Positions 9,803 to 20,168 of a stretch of DNA of 64,000 nucleotides are shown here, piece by piece. Source of the stretch: Bacteroidia bacterium. Lineage in GTDB: Bacteria; Bacteroidota; Bacteroidia; UKL13-3. Within the stretch, counting starts at the first letter, position 1; each line of letters begins with the position of its first letter. The notes beneath the pieces are model-generated. The model was not told the DNA's origin. It ran no database searches and saw only the letters and a program-made list of their open reading frames with translations. Location: contig JAGVLJ010000016.1 of assembly GCA_020049855.1 (NCBI GenBank), positions 5,603 through 69,602 of the forward strand. The letters are read 5' to 3'. Both the position numbers and the translations under genes were made by a program.

Positions 9803-11018
9803 ATTCAAATCGAATGGATTTTAGTGGACTAATCCGGGAAACATAGAGTGAAGGTGCTATCATGCACAGTAAACAAACTGCAAATGTTCCCGTATTAAGT
9901 AACAAAACATCCTGCCATCTTAAATTTACAGGAACACTACTCATATAGTAATTTGCCTGATCAAGGGTAAAAATTTGAGTATGTTGTTGAATCAAACAAA
10001 GGCCTATCCCGATTATATTTCCGATTACTAACCCGTTAAAAAGTAAGCGTGCCGATACATGAAAAAATATTTTCCCGATAGCAATATTTCCTGCACCAAA
10101 AGTTTTAAGCAACCCAATCATGTGGGTACGCTCAAGAATAAGAATAAGGAGTGCCGTAACCATATTAATTACGGATACCACCAACAGCAAGCCAATAATT
10201 ACAATTACATTCACATCAAGTAAATCAAGCCAGTCAAATAAGTTGGGGTTAATTTCCTTAATTGATTTAGCTTCATACTCATAGCCGGTTAAATCATTCA
10301 CCCGCTCAGTATTTTGTTCCAAATAATCAAACTGCTTTAATTGAATTTCAAAACCGCCTACCATGGTTTTACTCCAATCATTCAGCTTTTGAATATGACC
10401 CAAATCACAAATCATATAGATTTTGTCAAACTCTTCTAATCCGGTTTCATAAATCCCCCGGATGATAAAGCTTCTTACCCTTACCGGCTCTTGAATAAAA
10501 TAAACAATTAGCTTTTGTCCGGTATCAAGTCGTAACTTATCGGCTGTAAATTTCGAAATAAGTACCTCATCAGTTGGAAAACTGTCATTAGGTATAATCG
10601 TGTGCCCCTTAATGAGTTTAGTATTAAAAAAGTTCCAATCAAAGTCGGTTCCTATTCCTTTCAGTACAATAGCCTCCATATCGGTTTTGGTACGAATGAT
10701 GCCCGCTTTGGTAGCAAATACTTGTATATGGTTAAAGTCGGGAAGAGTTTTAATAGGTTTAATAAATTCCTGATAACGATAAATAGGAGCCGTTTCATAC
10801 GAATTATTCAAATCAATATGTGCAATTTGAATATGCGACCCAAAGCCAATAATTTTGTCCCGTATTTCATGCTGAAACCCGGTTACAATGGATATTGACA
10901 CAATCATCACCATCACACTTAAGGCAACGCCTGCGGTAGCAATACGTACAATAAGCCGGGAGAAGTTTTTGTTTCCCTTGCCCGATAACCGTTTAGCAAT
11001 AAAATACGTGTAATTCAA
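9801..11018 (-). CDS. FtsX-like ABC transporter permease (LolC/LolE-type lipoprotein-release permease family)
   Basis: There is an N-terminal TM helix and a large periplasmic domain (MacB_PCD-like). The C-terminal part has three TM helices with the FtsX-family pattern ...LILILERTHMIGLLKTFGAGN.... Confidence 0.75.
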   Translation of the reverse strand: MNYTYFIAKRLSGKGNKNFSRLIVRIATAGVALSVMVMIVSISIVTGFQHEIRDKIIGFGSHIQIAHIDLNNSYETAPIYRYQEFIKPIKTLPDFNHIQVFATKAGIIRTKTDMEAIVLKGIGTDFDWNFFNTKLIKGHTIIPNDSFPTDEVLISKFTADKLRLDTGQKLIVYFIQEPVRVRSFIIRGIYETGLEEFDKIYMICDLGHIQKLNDWSKTMVGGFEIQLKQFDYLEQNTERVNDLTGYEYEAKSIKEINPNLFDWLDLLDVNVIVIIGLLLVVSVINMVTALLILILERTHMIGLLKTFGAGNIAIGKIFFHVSARLLFNGLVIGNIIGIGLCLIQQHTQIFTLDQANYYMSSVPVNLRWQDVLLLNTGTFAVCLLCMIAPSLYVSRISPLKSIRFE

Positions 11019-11027
11019 TGTATAAAA

Positions 11028-12215
11028 ATGAAAACGCTCAAATATAGTAAAGCTATTCTTCTTTTAGTTACGCTGATTTGCTTTTCGGCCACCAGTTTCT
11101 CCGGAATTATTACTGGTGCAGAAAGAACAGATTACTACCTGCCGTTGCTTAAGGGTAAGAAAATTGGGTTGGTCATCAACCAAACTTCGATAGTTGGATC
11201 AACACATTTAGTTGATACCCTAAAAAGTTGCGGTGTTACTATCAAGAAAATTTTCGCACCTGAACATGGTTTTAGAGGAAATCACAGTGCCGGAGCCCAT
11301 GTAAGTAGCGGTATTGACAGCCTAACCGGTTTACCTGTAGTTTCGCTATATGGTGATAATAAAAAACCAAAACCCGAACAGCTAAAAGACCTTGATCTGT
11401 TAATTTTTGACATACAGGATGTAGGCGCACGCTTTTATACCTTCATCTCAACCTTACACTATGTAATGGAAGCATGTGCTGAACAGAAAAAACCTCTCCT
11501 TATATTAGACCGTCCTAATCCTAACGGGTTTTATGTTGACGGCCCAGTACTTGATATGAAGTTTAAATCATTTGTAGGCATGCACCCTGTTCCGGTGGTA
11601 CATGGAATGACTATTGGCGAATATGCACAAATGATTAACGGGGAACGCTGGCTGAAAGACTCGGTGCAATGTAAACTAACTGTAGTTGCCTGCGTAAATT
11701 ACAAGCATAGTATGCTTTATAAACTTCCAGTGAGACCTTCACCCAATTTACCATCCATGGAGTCTGTTTACCTCTACCCTTCATTGTGTTTATTTGAAGG
11801 TACAACCATAAGCCTTGGCAGAGGAACCGATAAACCATTTGAATGTTTAGGCAAACCTGATTTTGAAGGGGGGAATTATTCTTTTACTCCTAAAAGCATT
11901 CCGGGAATTGCTGATGACCCTCCATATAAAAATCAACTTTGCAAAGGATACCTGCTAAGCGGATTCAGTGATAAATACCTGTTATCTTCACGTAAGCTAT
12001 ACCTGCTTTGGTTAAACGGGTGCTATGAGAAAGATAAATCAAAAGAAACATTCTTCACGCCATTCTTTGATAAACTTGCTGGAAGTGATGTACTCAGAAA
12101 GCAATTAACAAGCGGTGTTCCCGAAAGTGTTATCCGACAAAGTTGGGAGCCTGATTTGTCAAAATTCAAATTAATGAGAAAGAAATACCTTCTCTATCCT
12201 GACTTTCCTGCGTAG
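11028..12215 (+). CDS. DUF1343-family protein (NamZ-like exo-beta-N-acetylmuramidase family)
   Basis: It has a signal peptide. The conserved block KKIGLVINQTS...IFAPEHGFRG...LIFDIQDVGARFYTFISTL...ILDRPNPNGFYVDGP is, to my recollection, typical of DUF1343/YbbC/NamZ. Confidence 0.55.
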   Translation: MKTLKYSKAILLLVTLICFSATSFSGIITGAERTDYYLPLLKGKKIGLVINQTSIVGSTHLVDTLKSCGVTIKKIFAPEHGFRGNHSAGAHVSSGIDSLTGLPVVSLYGDNKKPKPEQLKDLDLLIFDIQDVGARFYTFISTLHYVMEACAEQKKPLLILDRPNPNGFYVDGPVLDMKFKSFVGMHPVPVVHGMTIGEYAQMINGERWLKDSVQCKLTVVACVNYKHSMLYKLPVRPSPNLPSMESVYLYPSLCLFEGTTISLGRGTDKPFECLGKPDFEGGNYSFTPKSIPGIADDPPYKNQLCKGYLLSGFSDKYLLSSRKLYLLWLNGCYEKDKSKETFFTPFFDKLAGSDVLRKQLTSGVPESVIRQSWEPDLSKFKLMRKKYLLYPDFPA

Positions 12216-12244
12216 ATTCTGTAAACTTGCGGTAAATTTACATT

Positions 12245-13189
12245 TTGCATCCACTTCGAATTGTTTTTATAGGCACCCCTGATTTTGCCGTGGCCTCGCT
12301 GGATGCCATGTACCAAAAAGGGTATCACATTGTGGGGGTGATAACTGCCCCAAACAAACCTGCGGGACGGGGAATGCATCTGCATGAATCGGCTGTAAAA
12401 AAGTATGCAACCGAAAAAGGACTCTACATCATGCAGCCTGTCAACTTAAAAGCACCCGAATTTATTGAAGAGTTAAAAACGCTCCATGCCGATTTGCAGG
12501 TAGTAATTGCGTTTAGAATGTTACCTGAAATCGTTTGGAATATGCCCAAGTTAGGCACATTTAACCTGCATGCCTCGCTGCTGCCGCAATACCGTGGAGC
12601 TGCTCCAATAAACTGGGCCATAATGAATGGGGAAAAAGAAACCGGAATAACTACCTTTTTTTTAAGACATGAAATTGATACCGGACAAATTATTCTTCAG
12701 GAAAAAGTAAGTATTGGCGAAAACACAAATGCAGGCGAATTGCATGATGAATTAATGCAAAAGGGAGCCGATTTGGTAATGAAAACGCTTGAATTGATTG
12801 AAAAGGGAAATTACCCGTGTGTGGAACAAGATATTTCTAAAGCTATTAAACATGCACCAAAAATTTACACTGCCCACTGCCAACTTCTTTGGAACAAGTC
12901 GGTGTATAGTTTACATAACCAAATAAGAGGGTTAAGCCCATATCCTGCCGCCTTATCCACATTAAACGGAAAATTACTTAAAGTATACCAGTCAAAGGTT
13001 GAGGTAGCAAATCATACCTTTGCAATAGGCACATTTGTATCTGATGGGAAATCGTATATAAAAGTTGCCGCAACAGACGGATTTGTTCATTTACTCGAAT
13101 TACAACTGGAAGGCAAACGAAAAATGAAAGCAGATGAATTTTTAAGAGGATACGATAAAACCAAATTAGCTATTATACATTCAACTTAA
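12245..13189 (+). CDS. fmt: methionyl-tRNA formyltransferase
   Basis: The N-terminus reads LRIVFIGTPDFAV, the core reads FNLHASLLPQYRGAAPINWAIMNGEKETGITTF, and there is a C-terminal Formyl_trans_C domain. Confidence 0.85.
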   Translation: MHPLRIVFIGTPDFAVASLDAMYQKGYHIVGVITAPNKPAGRGMHLHESAVKKYATEKGLYIMQPVNLKAPEFIEELKTLHADLQVVIAFRMLPEIVWNMPKLGTFNLHASLLPQYRGAAPINWAIMNGEKETGITTFFLRHEIDTGQIILQEKVSIGENTNAGELHDELMQKGADLVMKTLELIEKGNYPCVEQDISKAIKHAPKIYTAHCQLLWNKSVYSLHNQIRGLSPYPAALSTLNGKLLKVYQSKVEVANHTFAIGTFVSDGKSYIKVAATDGFVHLLELQLEGKRKMKADEFLRGYDKTKLAIIHST

Positions 13190-13198
13190 ACCCTTATT

Positions 13199-13951
13199 AT
13201 GAGAAAGTATTTTTTAACATTTCTAACTTTAGCAGTTTGTGCCATATCTTTTGCACAATCTACTACCTCCTCAACCTCGCAATCAGACAAAAGCGGAGTA
13301 ATCAGACTTAAAGGAAAAGCTACCCAAATGGTGATGCCTGATATTGCGGTGGTATATTTTAATGTCAATGCAAAAGAGAAAACAGAACAGGAAACATTAG
13401 CAAAACTCAACTCTCAAACGCAGGCATTAATCACCAGAATGGAGTCTCTTGGTTTCAAAAAAGAGGAGATGAAACTGGGCAACTACCAGATTTACGAAAA
13501 CTACATATACGAGGGTGGCAAACAAAAAAAGTCAGGGTATATTGCAAGCAACAGCATTATTCTAAAATTCAAGTTCGACAAAGAAAAACTAAGCAACCTG
13601 TTTGGTAAAATAATGGGAGAGAAATCGGAAAACATTTCGGTAAATTTCTCTACCGAAGTATCGAAAGAGCTACAGCAAAAAACCAGCACTCAATTAGTAC
13701 GTGAAGCCATTAAAGATGCCAGCATTCGTGCAAAAACTATAGCCGAAGTTGCCGACTTGCGCATAGTAATGATAAAAGAAGTAAACTATCAGGTATTTAA
13801 CTTCAGGCCAATGCCAATAATGGAAAAATCCTACCGAATGGAGGCAGATACAGATATGCCCGCTCCGGCATTTTCAAACGTAGATGTGCAAGAAATTGAA
13901 CTAAGCGAAGAAGTGGAAATTACATTTCAGGTAGAGAATCTGATGAAATAA
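13199..13951 (+). CDS. SIMPL-domain (DUF541, YggE-like) periplasmic protein
   Basis: It has a signal peptide. The length is about 250 aa, and the pattern of a conserved domain flanked by secondary-structure repeats fits SIMPL/DUF541 proteins. Confidence 0.6.
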   Translation: MRKYFLTFLTLAVCAISFAQSTTSSTSQSDKSGVIRLKGKATQMVMPDIAVVYFNVNAKEKTEQETLAKLNSQTQALITRMESLGFKKEEMKLGNYQIYENYIYEGGKQKKSGYIASNSIILKFKFDKEKLSNLFGKIMGEKSENISVNFSTEVSKELQQKTSTQLVREAIKDASIRAKTIAEVADLRIVMIKEVNYQVFNFRPMPIMEKSYRMEADTDMPAPAFSNVDVQEIELSEEVEITFQVENLMK

Positions 13952-13968
13952 TTTCAAATTATTTATAA

Positions 13969-13999
13969 CAAAAAAGGCAGCTTAATAGCTGCCTTTTTT
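13969..13999. terminator. bidirectional rho-independent terminator between convergent genes
   Basis: The sequence is aaaaaaa-GGCAGC-ttaata-GCTGCC-tttttt. It is a perfect 6-bp GC-rich stem flanked by an A-run and a T-run. Confidence 0.65.
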
Positions 14000-14021
14000 G
14001 TTACTATTTTTTTAAAAAAAT

Positions 14022-14774
14022 TTATTCTCCGCTTAAAATACCTCCCAACAAACCTCCAACTCCCCTGCTCTGTTCTTTACCGCCCGATGAGGCAGCTAAA
14101 ATACGGTCGGCTAAACGAGAGAATGGAACACTTTGCAAATACACAATTCCCGGTCCGGTAACCAATGCATAAAAAAGGCCTTCCCCACCAAACAACGAAT
14201 TGCGAAAACCTCCAATAAATTTAATATCGTAGTCAATGCTGCTGGTAAAAGCAACCAAACATCCTGTATCAACACGCAGTGTTTCGCCATGTTTCAACTC
14301 CCGCCTAATAATGGTTCCGCCTGCATGTACAAAAGCTTTTCCATCGCCCTTTAAACGTTGCAGAATAAAACCTTCGCCACCAAATAAACCAGCCCCAATG
14401 CGTTTGGTAAATGCAATATCAATTTCAATTCCTTCTGCCGCGCATAAAAATCCATCTTTCTGGCAAAGAATTTCGCCACCATATTGCTTCAAATCAAAAG
14501 GAATAATTTTTCCCGGATAAGGTGCTGCAAAGGCAACCTTACTTTTTTCAACTCCTTCATTTAGAAAGGACGTAATAAAAAAACTTTCTCCGGTAAACAT
14601 TCGTTTAAGTCCACTGAAAATTCCACCGGTTGAGGTTTGCATTTGAATGCCATTTTCCATGTACAGCATGGCTCCGGCTTCGGCTCTTACTGCCTCATGT
14701 GGATCGAGCTCAATTTCTACTACCTGAATATCGTCACCGATAATATTGTAATCAATTTCATGTGCAATGCCCAT
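14022..14774 (-). CDS. AIM24/TIGR00266-family protein (DUF124)
   Basis: The length is about 250 aa and the C-terminus has a Gly-rich tail. The N-terminal [25 protein letters not shown]... and internal [14 protein letters not shown]...[14 protein letters not shown] repeats are characteristic of this family. Confidence 0.6.
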   Translation of the reverse strand: MGIAHEIDYNIIGDDIQVVEIELDPHEAVRAEAGAMLYMENGIQMQTSTGGIFSGLKRMFTGESFFITSFLNEGVEKSKVAFAAPYPGKIIPFDLKQYGGEILCQKDGFLCAAEGIEIDIAFTKRIGAGLFGGEGFILQRLKGDGKAFVHAGGTIIRRELKHGETLRVDTGCLVAFTSSIDYDIKFIGGFRNSLFGGEGLFYALVTGPGIVYLQSVPFSRLADRILAASSGGKEQSRGVGGLLGGILSGE

Positions 14775-14901
14775 AACTATAATTTTTAGTTCCCAAAATT
14801 CTAAGTAATCTTGAATAAATCAAAACAAAAGTGATAACAGGCAGCCAATTACCATTAAACAAAACTGTTAGTCTGATAATAATGAAAAGATTAAATTTGC
14901 A

Positions 14902-15555
14902 GTGATGAGATTTTTTGTATTCCTGTTTAGTTTACTTCTAGTAAGTTTCACACCTGCCACTACTGCGGTAAAAATAGCCCGTCTAAAATACAATGGCGGA
15001 GGTGATTGGTATGCAAATAAAACTTCGCTACCAAACCTCATTCGCTTTTGCAATCAACAACTTAAAACCAATATACAAGGAGAAGAAGATATTGCAGAGG
15101 TCGGCAGCCCGGATATATTCAATTACCCGTTTGTGCATATGACAGGGCACGGAAATGTAGTTTTTTCTTCTTCCGAAGCAGATAACCTACGCAAATACCT
15201 GATGGCCGGAGGTTTTTTGCATATAGATGACAACTATGGGCTGGATAAATTTATACGAAGGGAAATGAAAAAAGTATTCCCCGAACTCAATTTTATAGAA
15301 TTACCTTTTAGTCACCCTATCTATCATCAGGCATTTCAATTTGCCAGTGGGCTGCCAAAAGTACACGAACATGATGGAAAACCAGCTCAGGGTTTTGCAT
15401 TAATTTATAATGGGCGGATGGTTTGTTTTTACAGCTACGAATGTGACTTAGGCAATGGCTGGGAAGATCAGGAGGTGTACAACGATCCTGAAAAAGTGAG
15501 GTTAAAAGCCTTGCAAATGGGAGCTAACCTTATTCAGTTTGCATTTACCCATTAA
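14902..15555 (+). CDS. DUF4159-domain secreted protein
   Basis: It has a signal peptide. LKYNGGGDWYAN...FVHMTGHGN...GGFLHIDDNYG is the conserved core of Bacteroidetes DUF4159 proteins (from memory). Confidence 0.5.
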   Translation: MMRFFVFLFSLLLVSFTPATTAVKIARLKYNGGGDWYANKTSLPNLIRFCNQQLKTNIQGEEDIAEVGSPDIFNYPFVHMTGHGNVVFSSSEADNLRKYLMAGGFLHIDDNYGLDKFIRREMKKVFPELNFIELPFSHPIYHQAFQFASGLPKVHEHDGKPAQGFALIYNGRMVCFYSYECDLGNGWEDQEVYNDPEKVRLKALQMGANLIQFAFTH

Positions 15556-16109
15556 TTAAATCTCGGATCGGGGGGAGAATTACTTAAAATAGCAAAATCA
15601 GTTCCCATCTTAGTTAAAATAGTTTTCCAAAGCATTTCAGGATTTGGATGAAAAATGTATGTCTTTTCAGCTTGGGTAACAAACCACGCCCGCTCTGTAA
15701 GTTCATCCTCTAATTGCCCTGCCGACCACCCGGAATATCCAATAAAAAATCGAATTTGGTTTTCCAAAAAAATTCCGCTTCTAATCCCATCTGCCACGGC
15801 TTCTATATCACCGCCCCAGAATATGCCAGGTTGAATTTGTACGGCATTGGTAGAATATTGCTGGCATGAATGAACAAAGTGAAGTGAATCCTGTTCCACC
15901 GGCCCCCCATAAAATAACCTAACTTTAATTCCGGTAAATTCAGGCAAAACATCGGCAAGATTTAAATTGGTAGGGCGATTGAGTACAAAACCTACTGCTC
16001 CGTTTGCAGCATACGAAGTTAGGTAAACCACTGTACGCTTAAAACTTGGATCTGTCAGGAAAGGGTCGGAAAGAAGAAACATCCCGGCCTTTGGTTTTAT
16101 TATTTCCAT
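15552..16109 (-). CDS. YqgE/AlgH-family protein (UPF0301/DUF179)
   Basis: The length is about 185 aa. GMFLLSDPFLTDPSFKRTVVYL...GGPVEQD...WGGDIE...GYSGWSAGQLEDEL is the canonical pattern of this family. Confidence 0.7.
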   Translation of the reverse strand: MEIIKPKAGMFLLSDPFLTDPSFKRTVVYLTSYAANGAVGFVLNRPTNLNLADVLPEFTGIKVRLFYGGPVEQDSLHFVHSCQQYSTNAVQIQPGIFWGGDIEAVADGIRSGIFLENQIRFFIGYSGWSAGQLEDELTERAWFVTQAEKTYIFHPNPEMLWKTILTKMGTDFAILSNSPPDPRFN

Positions 16110-16274
16110 AATATGAGTAATCCAGCGGATTTATATAACGGCAAATTTAGTACATTGAACGAAACTAGGCAGAAGGTATGGGATAAATTCAGAATTTTGC
16201 GCATTAACTGGAAAAATTAGACCCTGTTTTTTGATTTATTAATACTAATTTTATCCCGTTAAGCACCACACAAA

Positions 16275-16637
16275 ATGAAGATATTAATAGCTGAAGATGA
16301 GCAAATGCTGAAGAAGGCCGTAGAATTTAAACTTAAGAAGGATGGCCATGAAGTTTTTACAGCAGCAGATGGAAGAGAAGCATTGAGTCTTATCAAAGAG
16401 AATGCATTTGATATGATTATTACGGATATTATGATGCCGTTTGCATCAGGCTTGGAGATAATCAGCCATGTAAGGGCACAGGGATTTAAAATGCCCATCA
16501 TTGTAGTTTCATCTATTGGACTTGAAAATACCGTTCTGGAAGCATTTAAACTTGGAGCTGATGATTTTATTACCAAACCTTTCAGCCCAAATGAGTTATC
16601 AATGCGTGTAAATAGATTATTGTCCAAAATATTATAG
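16275..16637 (+). CDS. standalone response-regulator receiver (CheY-like REC) protein, first gene of a putative exopolysaccharide operon
   Basis: It reads ILIAEDEQM...D(52)MIITDIMMP...KLGADDFITKPF. There is an acidic pocket, a phospho-acceptor Asp and a conserved Lys. The protein is 120 aa with no output domain. Its TAG stop overlaps the GTG start of the next gene. Confidence 0.85.
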   Translation: MKILIAEDEQMLKKAVEFKLKKDGHEVFTAADGREALSLIKENAFDMIITDIMMPFASGLEIISHVRAQGFKMPIIVVSSIGLENTVLEAFKLGADDFITKPFSPNELSMRVNRLLSKIL

Positions 16638-18343
16638 TGAGAATTCAAGCATGTGTTACTACTCCCTTTTCGAATTTTGGGAGTAAGATTTTTTTATTTA
16701 TTTTTTGGGTTATGCTATCAGGCATCTCCTCTTTTGCACAGCGCATGCCTGATGTTGATTCAATGTATTTATCAGCCAAAAACATTGGTTTCAGGGGAGT
16801 TTATGACACGGCCCGAATGGAAATGGATACTGTGCTGCAATATGCCCCAAATTATTTAGATGCGCGAACTTTTATAGCTCGCACCTGGAGTTGGGAAAAT
16901 AAATTTGAAAAATCACGCGCACAACTAAAAATTGTACTGGATACCGACCCTAAAAATTACGAAGCACTTGATGCCTTAGTAGACGCATTCAGGTGGCCAA
17001 ACGAAATTGACACGGCATTAGCTATTTGTGAAAAAGCAATTGCCTTGTTTCCGGCCGATACCCTGTTTAAGTATAAAAAGCACGAAGTAATCAGGCAACA
17101 GCGAAATGTTAAGCTTACCACTAACCAACTCTTGTCAGACTCCTTTTATATGAAAGGACGTGCATTGGCTTTTACAGGGAAATATGAGGAGGGTCGTGTA
17201 TGGCTTGATTCTTCGATTAAACGAGACCCCTATTTTTTTGATGCGTATATTCTTAAAGCCCGCACGTTTAGCTGGCAAAAAAAATATGAAGAGGCTCGGC
17301 CTATTCTAAATTACGTTTTACTAAATGATACGCTCCCTTCAAGAAGAAAAGATGCTTATAGTGCGCTGGCTGATGTAGAAATGTATGCGTCTAAAAATAA
17401 AACATCCCGCAAAATTTGCGACACGGCATTGAGCCAATATAAAAAGGCAGTTGAATTTCATAAGAAAAAATCCATTACCCTTGCCAACGAAGATTTTTAC
17501 AAGGAAGCTATTCCCGAACTTCAACTTTATCTTGATTCTGTAAAAAACGATACCGCTTCCATCAAAATGATGGAAGATTTTAAATTCAAAAAATTACGTA
17601 ATTACGCTGGAGCAGGCTGGGTGCGCCAGATGTACAATCCCAAAACCACCTTCGCCCCTTGGGATTTTGGAAATATTGAATACGGACACCGCTTTAGAAA
17701 AGTTCAGTCAATAGGAAGAATAAACTATGCAAAAAGATTTGGGGAACAAGCACTGCAGTTTGAAGTGGATAACTATATTAAAATTTTCAGAGGCACTACC
17801 TTATTTACCAATACAGGAATCTCAAACAAAAATATCCTGTACCCGCGTTACCGTTTAGGTGGCGAGGTTTACCAAAACCTTTGGAGTAAATTCGATGTCT
17901 CGCTGGGGTATCATATACTATTCTATCAACCCGATACCATAAAAGAAACTTTTCATTTGATGGTTGGTTCCATTGGCTACTACTACAAAAAATGGTGGTT
18001 ATCCTACAGGCCGGTAATGGTTTTACAACCTTACGGAAAAGGTTCAACTACCCTGTCAAATACGGCTCAGGCCAGGTGGTTCCATAAATCAGCTTACGAT
18101 TACTTAACATTTATTTTTGCGTATGCAAACGGAGCGATTGGATTAAACAACCCTACTGCCATAGTTTTTGGAGAAAAAAATTTCGTGAAACTCCAAACAA
18201 TACGGTTTGGAATTGACTTTCAGCGAAGGCTTAACACCACCGTTTTTGGCGGATTGGGAGCATGGAGCGATTATGACGAGTATTCGGCCAGTAAATACCG
18301 ATACCGTTTTACACTTACACTCAACTTGAAAAAAGTTTTTTAA
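16637..18343 (+). CDS. TPR-repeat plus C-terminal beta-barrel outer-membrane protein (YaiO-like), putative exopolysaccharide export porin
   Basis: It has a signal peptide (…FLFIFWVMLSGISSFAQ). The N-terminal 300 aa or so is TPR-like helical repeats. The C-terminal 250 aa or so has amphipathic beta-strand patterns rich in Y/W/F and ends in a terminal Phe. This architecture parallels PgaA, BcsC and PelB. Confidence 0.6.
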   Translation: MRIQACVTTPFSNFGSKIFLFIFWVMLSGISSFAQRMPDVDSMYLSAKNIGFRGVYDTARMEMDTVLQYAPNYLDARTFIARTWSWENKFEKSRAQLKIVLDTDPKNYEALDALVDAFRWPNEIDTALAICEKAIALFPADTLFKYKKHEVIRQQRNVKLTTNQLLSDSFYMKGRALAFTGKYEEGRVWLDSSIKRDPYFFDAYILKARTFSWQKKYEEARPILNYVLLNDTLPSRRKDAYSALADVEMYASKNKTSRKICDTALSQYKKAVEFHKKKSITLANEDFYKEAIPELQLYLDSVKNDTASIKMMEDFKFKKLRNYAGAGWVRQMYNPKTTFAPWDFGNIEYGHRFRKVQSIGRINYAKRFGEQALQFEVDNYIKIFRGTTLFTNTGISNKNILYPRYRLGGEVYQNLWSKFDVSLGYHILFYQPDTIKETFHLMVGSIGYYYKKWWLSYRPVMVLQPYGKGSTTLSNTAQARWFHKSAYDYLTFIFAYANGAIGLNNPTAIVFGEKNFVKLQTIRFGIDFQRRLNTTVFGGLGAWSDYDEYSASKYRYRFTLTLNLKKVF

Positions 18344-18346
18344 AAG

Positions 18347-20167
18347 ATGAGCGTAAGATGTTATTTTCTTGTTTGGGTAGCACTCATTTTGTGCTTTGAG
18401 CAAAGAGTAGTTGCACAGAATTTCCCGAAAGAAATTATGTTAAAACCCGTATACTACAACGCCTCCATTGGTGAAAACATAAAAGTAGTTGCCAGAAAAT
18501 ATAAACTGAGTGAACGAACACTTGCCTCGCGAAACAGAATTCCTGCACACCAGCTGTTTAAAAAAGTAACGCCTATCATCATTGGTTACAGCCTGGTACC
18601 TGACAATGAACTTAGCAATCCCCCGGAAAATGCCTTTATAGTAGACGAAGAAACAGTAAAAATTTATTCAATCATTCCGGAAAATTTTATAGCTGACTCA
18701 ATAAGCATCTCCCCTTCCCTTTTTGCCAAATTGGTCATACAACCCGAAGAAATACTAGCTCCTGCTGCTGATATAACCCGCAAACCGCAACCAACCGAAG
18801 TGAAAAAGACGGAGACCGCGTCCTCAACCTCCCCCGCTAATCCGGCTCCGCTTACAGCAGGCGAATTAGCCAAAAGTGGTACTGATTATAAAGGAGATTT
18901 TGCACCCGATACCACCGAGGACACTGACCCCGCTATCAACAATATCTCCCCAGATAAACAAACCGGGACTATGGAAAGCTATTTTGCCGACCGTGTGAGA
19001 GAAATTGAAGAAAGTTCTATTGACTCAACCGATAGGGAAATTGAGTTTTTCGAATCACCGTCAGGTTGGTTTGCCCAAACGTACCGGGATCAACCTACCA
19101 TTATTCAGCGTGGATTGATTATTTTGTGTTTTTTTATATTTGGGAACATTACCCTTTTTGTTATTATAATAAGCAGCCGTATTTATAAAACCTACATTGA
19201 GATACGAAAAAAACGATTGATTGAAGTATATGAACCATTGCTGGCAAACTTATTATTTGGCGAATACGATACAGAGGAGCGCAGGATGCACGTGGTAAGG
19301 CGTATTAAAAAAAGGTATCTTGTAAATGAATTTAACAATGAGGTTTTTTTACAGGAACTGCTAAACCTGCACAAAAATTTTTCGGGCGATGTATGCGATG
19401 AAATACGCAATCTTTACCTTGAGTTTGATTTGCTCAAATTCAGCATGCGAAAGTTAAAAGCTTTTCCATGGGACGTGAAGATTAAAGGTATTCGAGAATT
19501 AACGCAAATGGATATAAAGGACGCTTATGATGAAATATTCAAATTTATTGACAGCAAAAATCCAATACTTCGACTTGAAACCCTGTTATCACTTATTCAG
19601 CTTAGCGAATCAGACCCACTGAAATTTCTTAGCAATACAAAAGCTAAAATGACCGGATGGCAGCAGGTAAATATTCTGGCCATTCTCTCTATTTTAAATA
19701 CAGACGATTTACCTGATTTCAAACGCTGGCTTAATTCCCCCAACGACTCGGTATCTTTATTTACTGTTCGAATGATTAATCACTTCAAGCAAATCGGTTC
19801 TGTAAATGCCATTATCCCAATGCTGGAAGATCCAAGAGAAGAAATACGTGAAGCCATTATTGATACCATAGGCAATTTAGAGCTATACGGATTTGCCGAT
19901 CAACTAATAGATACTTTCGGCAAAGAACAAGATCGGTTAAGGGTGAAAATACTTCAGGTAATGACCAAAATAAGTGATGACGACCAGATACCATTCTTTA
20001 AACAAGAACTTTTCAGCCCCAACTTTGCGATAGCACTCAATTCGGCCATAGCACTTGTAAAAACAGGGCCTAAAGGAAAAAGAGACCTGGAATTATTACT
20101 GGAATCGGCCGATGAACGAAGTTCAAAAATTATCAAACATGCACTCGATAAACGAATAGTAAAATAA
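18347..20167 (+). CDS. bitopic membrane protein with N-terminal secreted domain, Pro/acidic linker, one TM helix and cytoplasmic HEAT/armadillo-like repeats
   Basis: The signal peptide is MSVRCYFLVWVALILCFEQRVVAQ. A low-complexity PT/acidic linker follows, then a TM helix (GLIILCFFIFGNITLFVIIISS). The C-terminal 300 aa or so are repeated alpha-helical units (…EIREAIIDTIGNL…LRVKILQVMTKI…AIALNSAIALV…). Confidence 0.5.
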   Translation: MSVRCYFLVWVALILCFEQRVVAQNFPKEIMLKPVYYNASIGENIKVVARKYKLSERTLASRNRIPAHQLFKKVTPIIIGYSLVPDNELSNPPENAFIVDEETVKIYSIIPENFIADSISISPSLFAKLVIQPEEILAPAADITRKPQPTEVKKTETASSTSPANPAPLTAGELAKSGTDYKGDFAPDTTEDTDPAINNISPDKQTGTMESYFADRVREIEESSIDSTDREIEFFESPSGWFAQTYRDQPTIIQRGLIILCFFIFGNITLFVIIISSRIYKTYIEIRKKRLIEVYEPLLANLLFGEYDTEERRMHVVRRIKKRYLVNEFNNEVFLQELLNLHKNFSGDVCDEIRNLYLEFDLLKFSMRKLKAFPWDVKIKGIRELTQMDIKDAYDEIFKFIDSKNPILRLETLLSLIQLSESDPLKFLSNTKAKMTGWQQVNILAILSILNTDDLPDFKRWLNSPNDSVSLFTVRMINHFKQIGSVNAIIPMLEDPREEIREAIIDTIGNLELYGFADQLIDTFGKEQDRLRVKILQVMTKISDDDQIPFFKQELFSPNFAIALNSAIALVKTGPKGKRDLELLLESADERSSKIIKHALDKRIVK

Positions 20168-20168
20168 C

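Noticed and set aside
16259-16648. 129-aa ORF antisense to the receiver-domain gene
   Set aside because: The overlapping REC protein has all the canonical CheY motifs. The antisense product is low-complexity and serine-rich.
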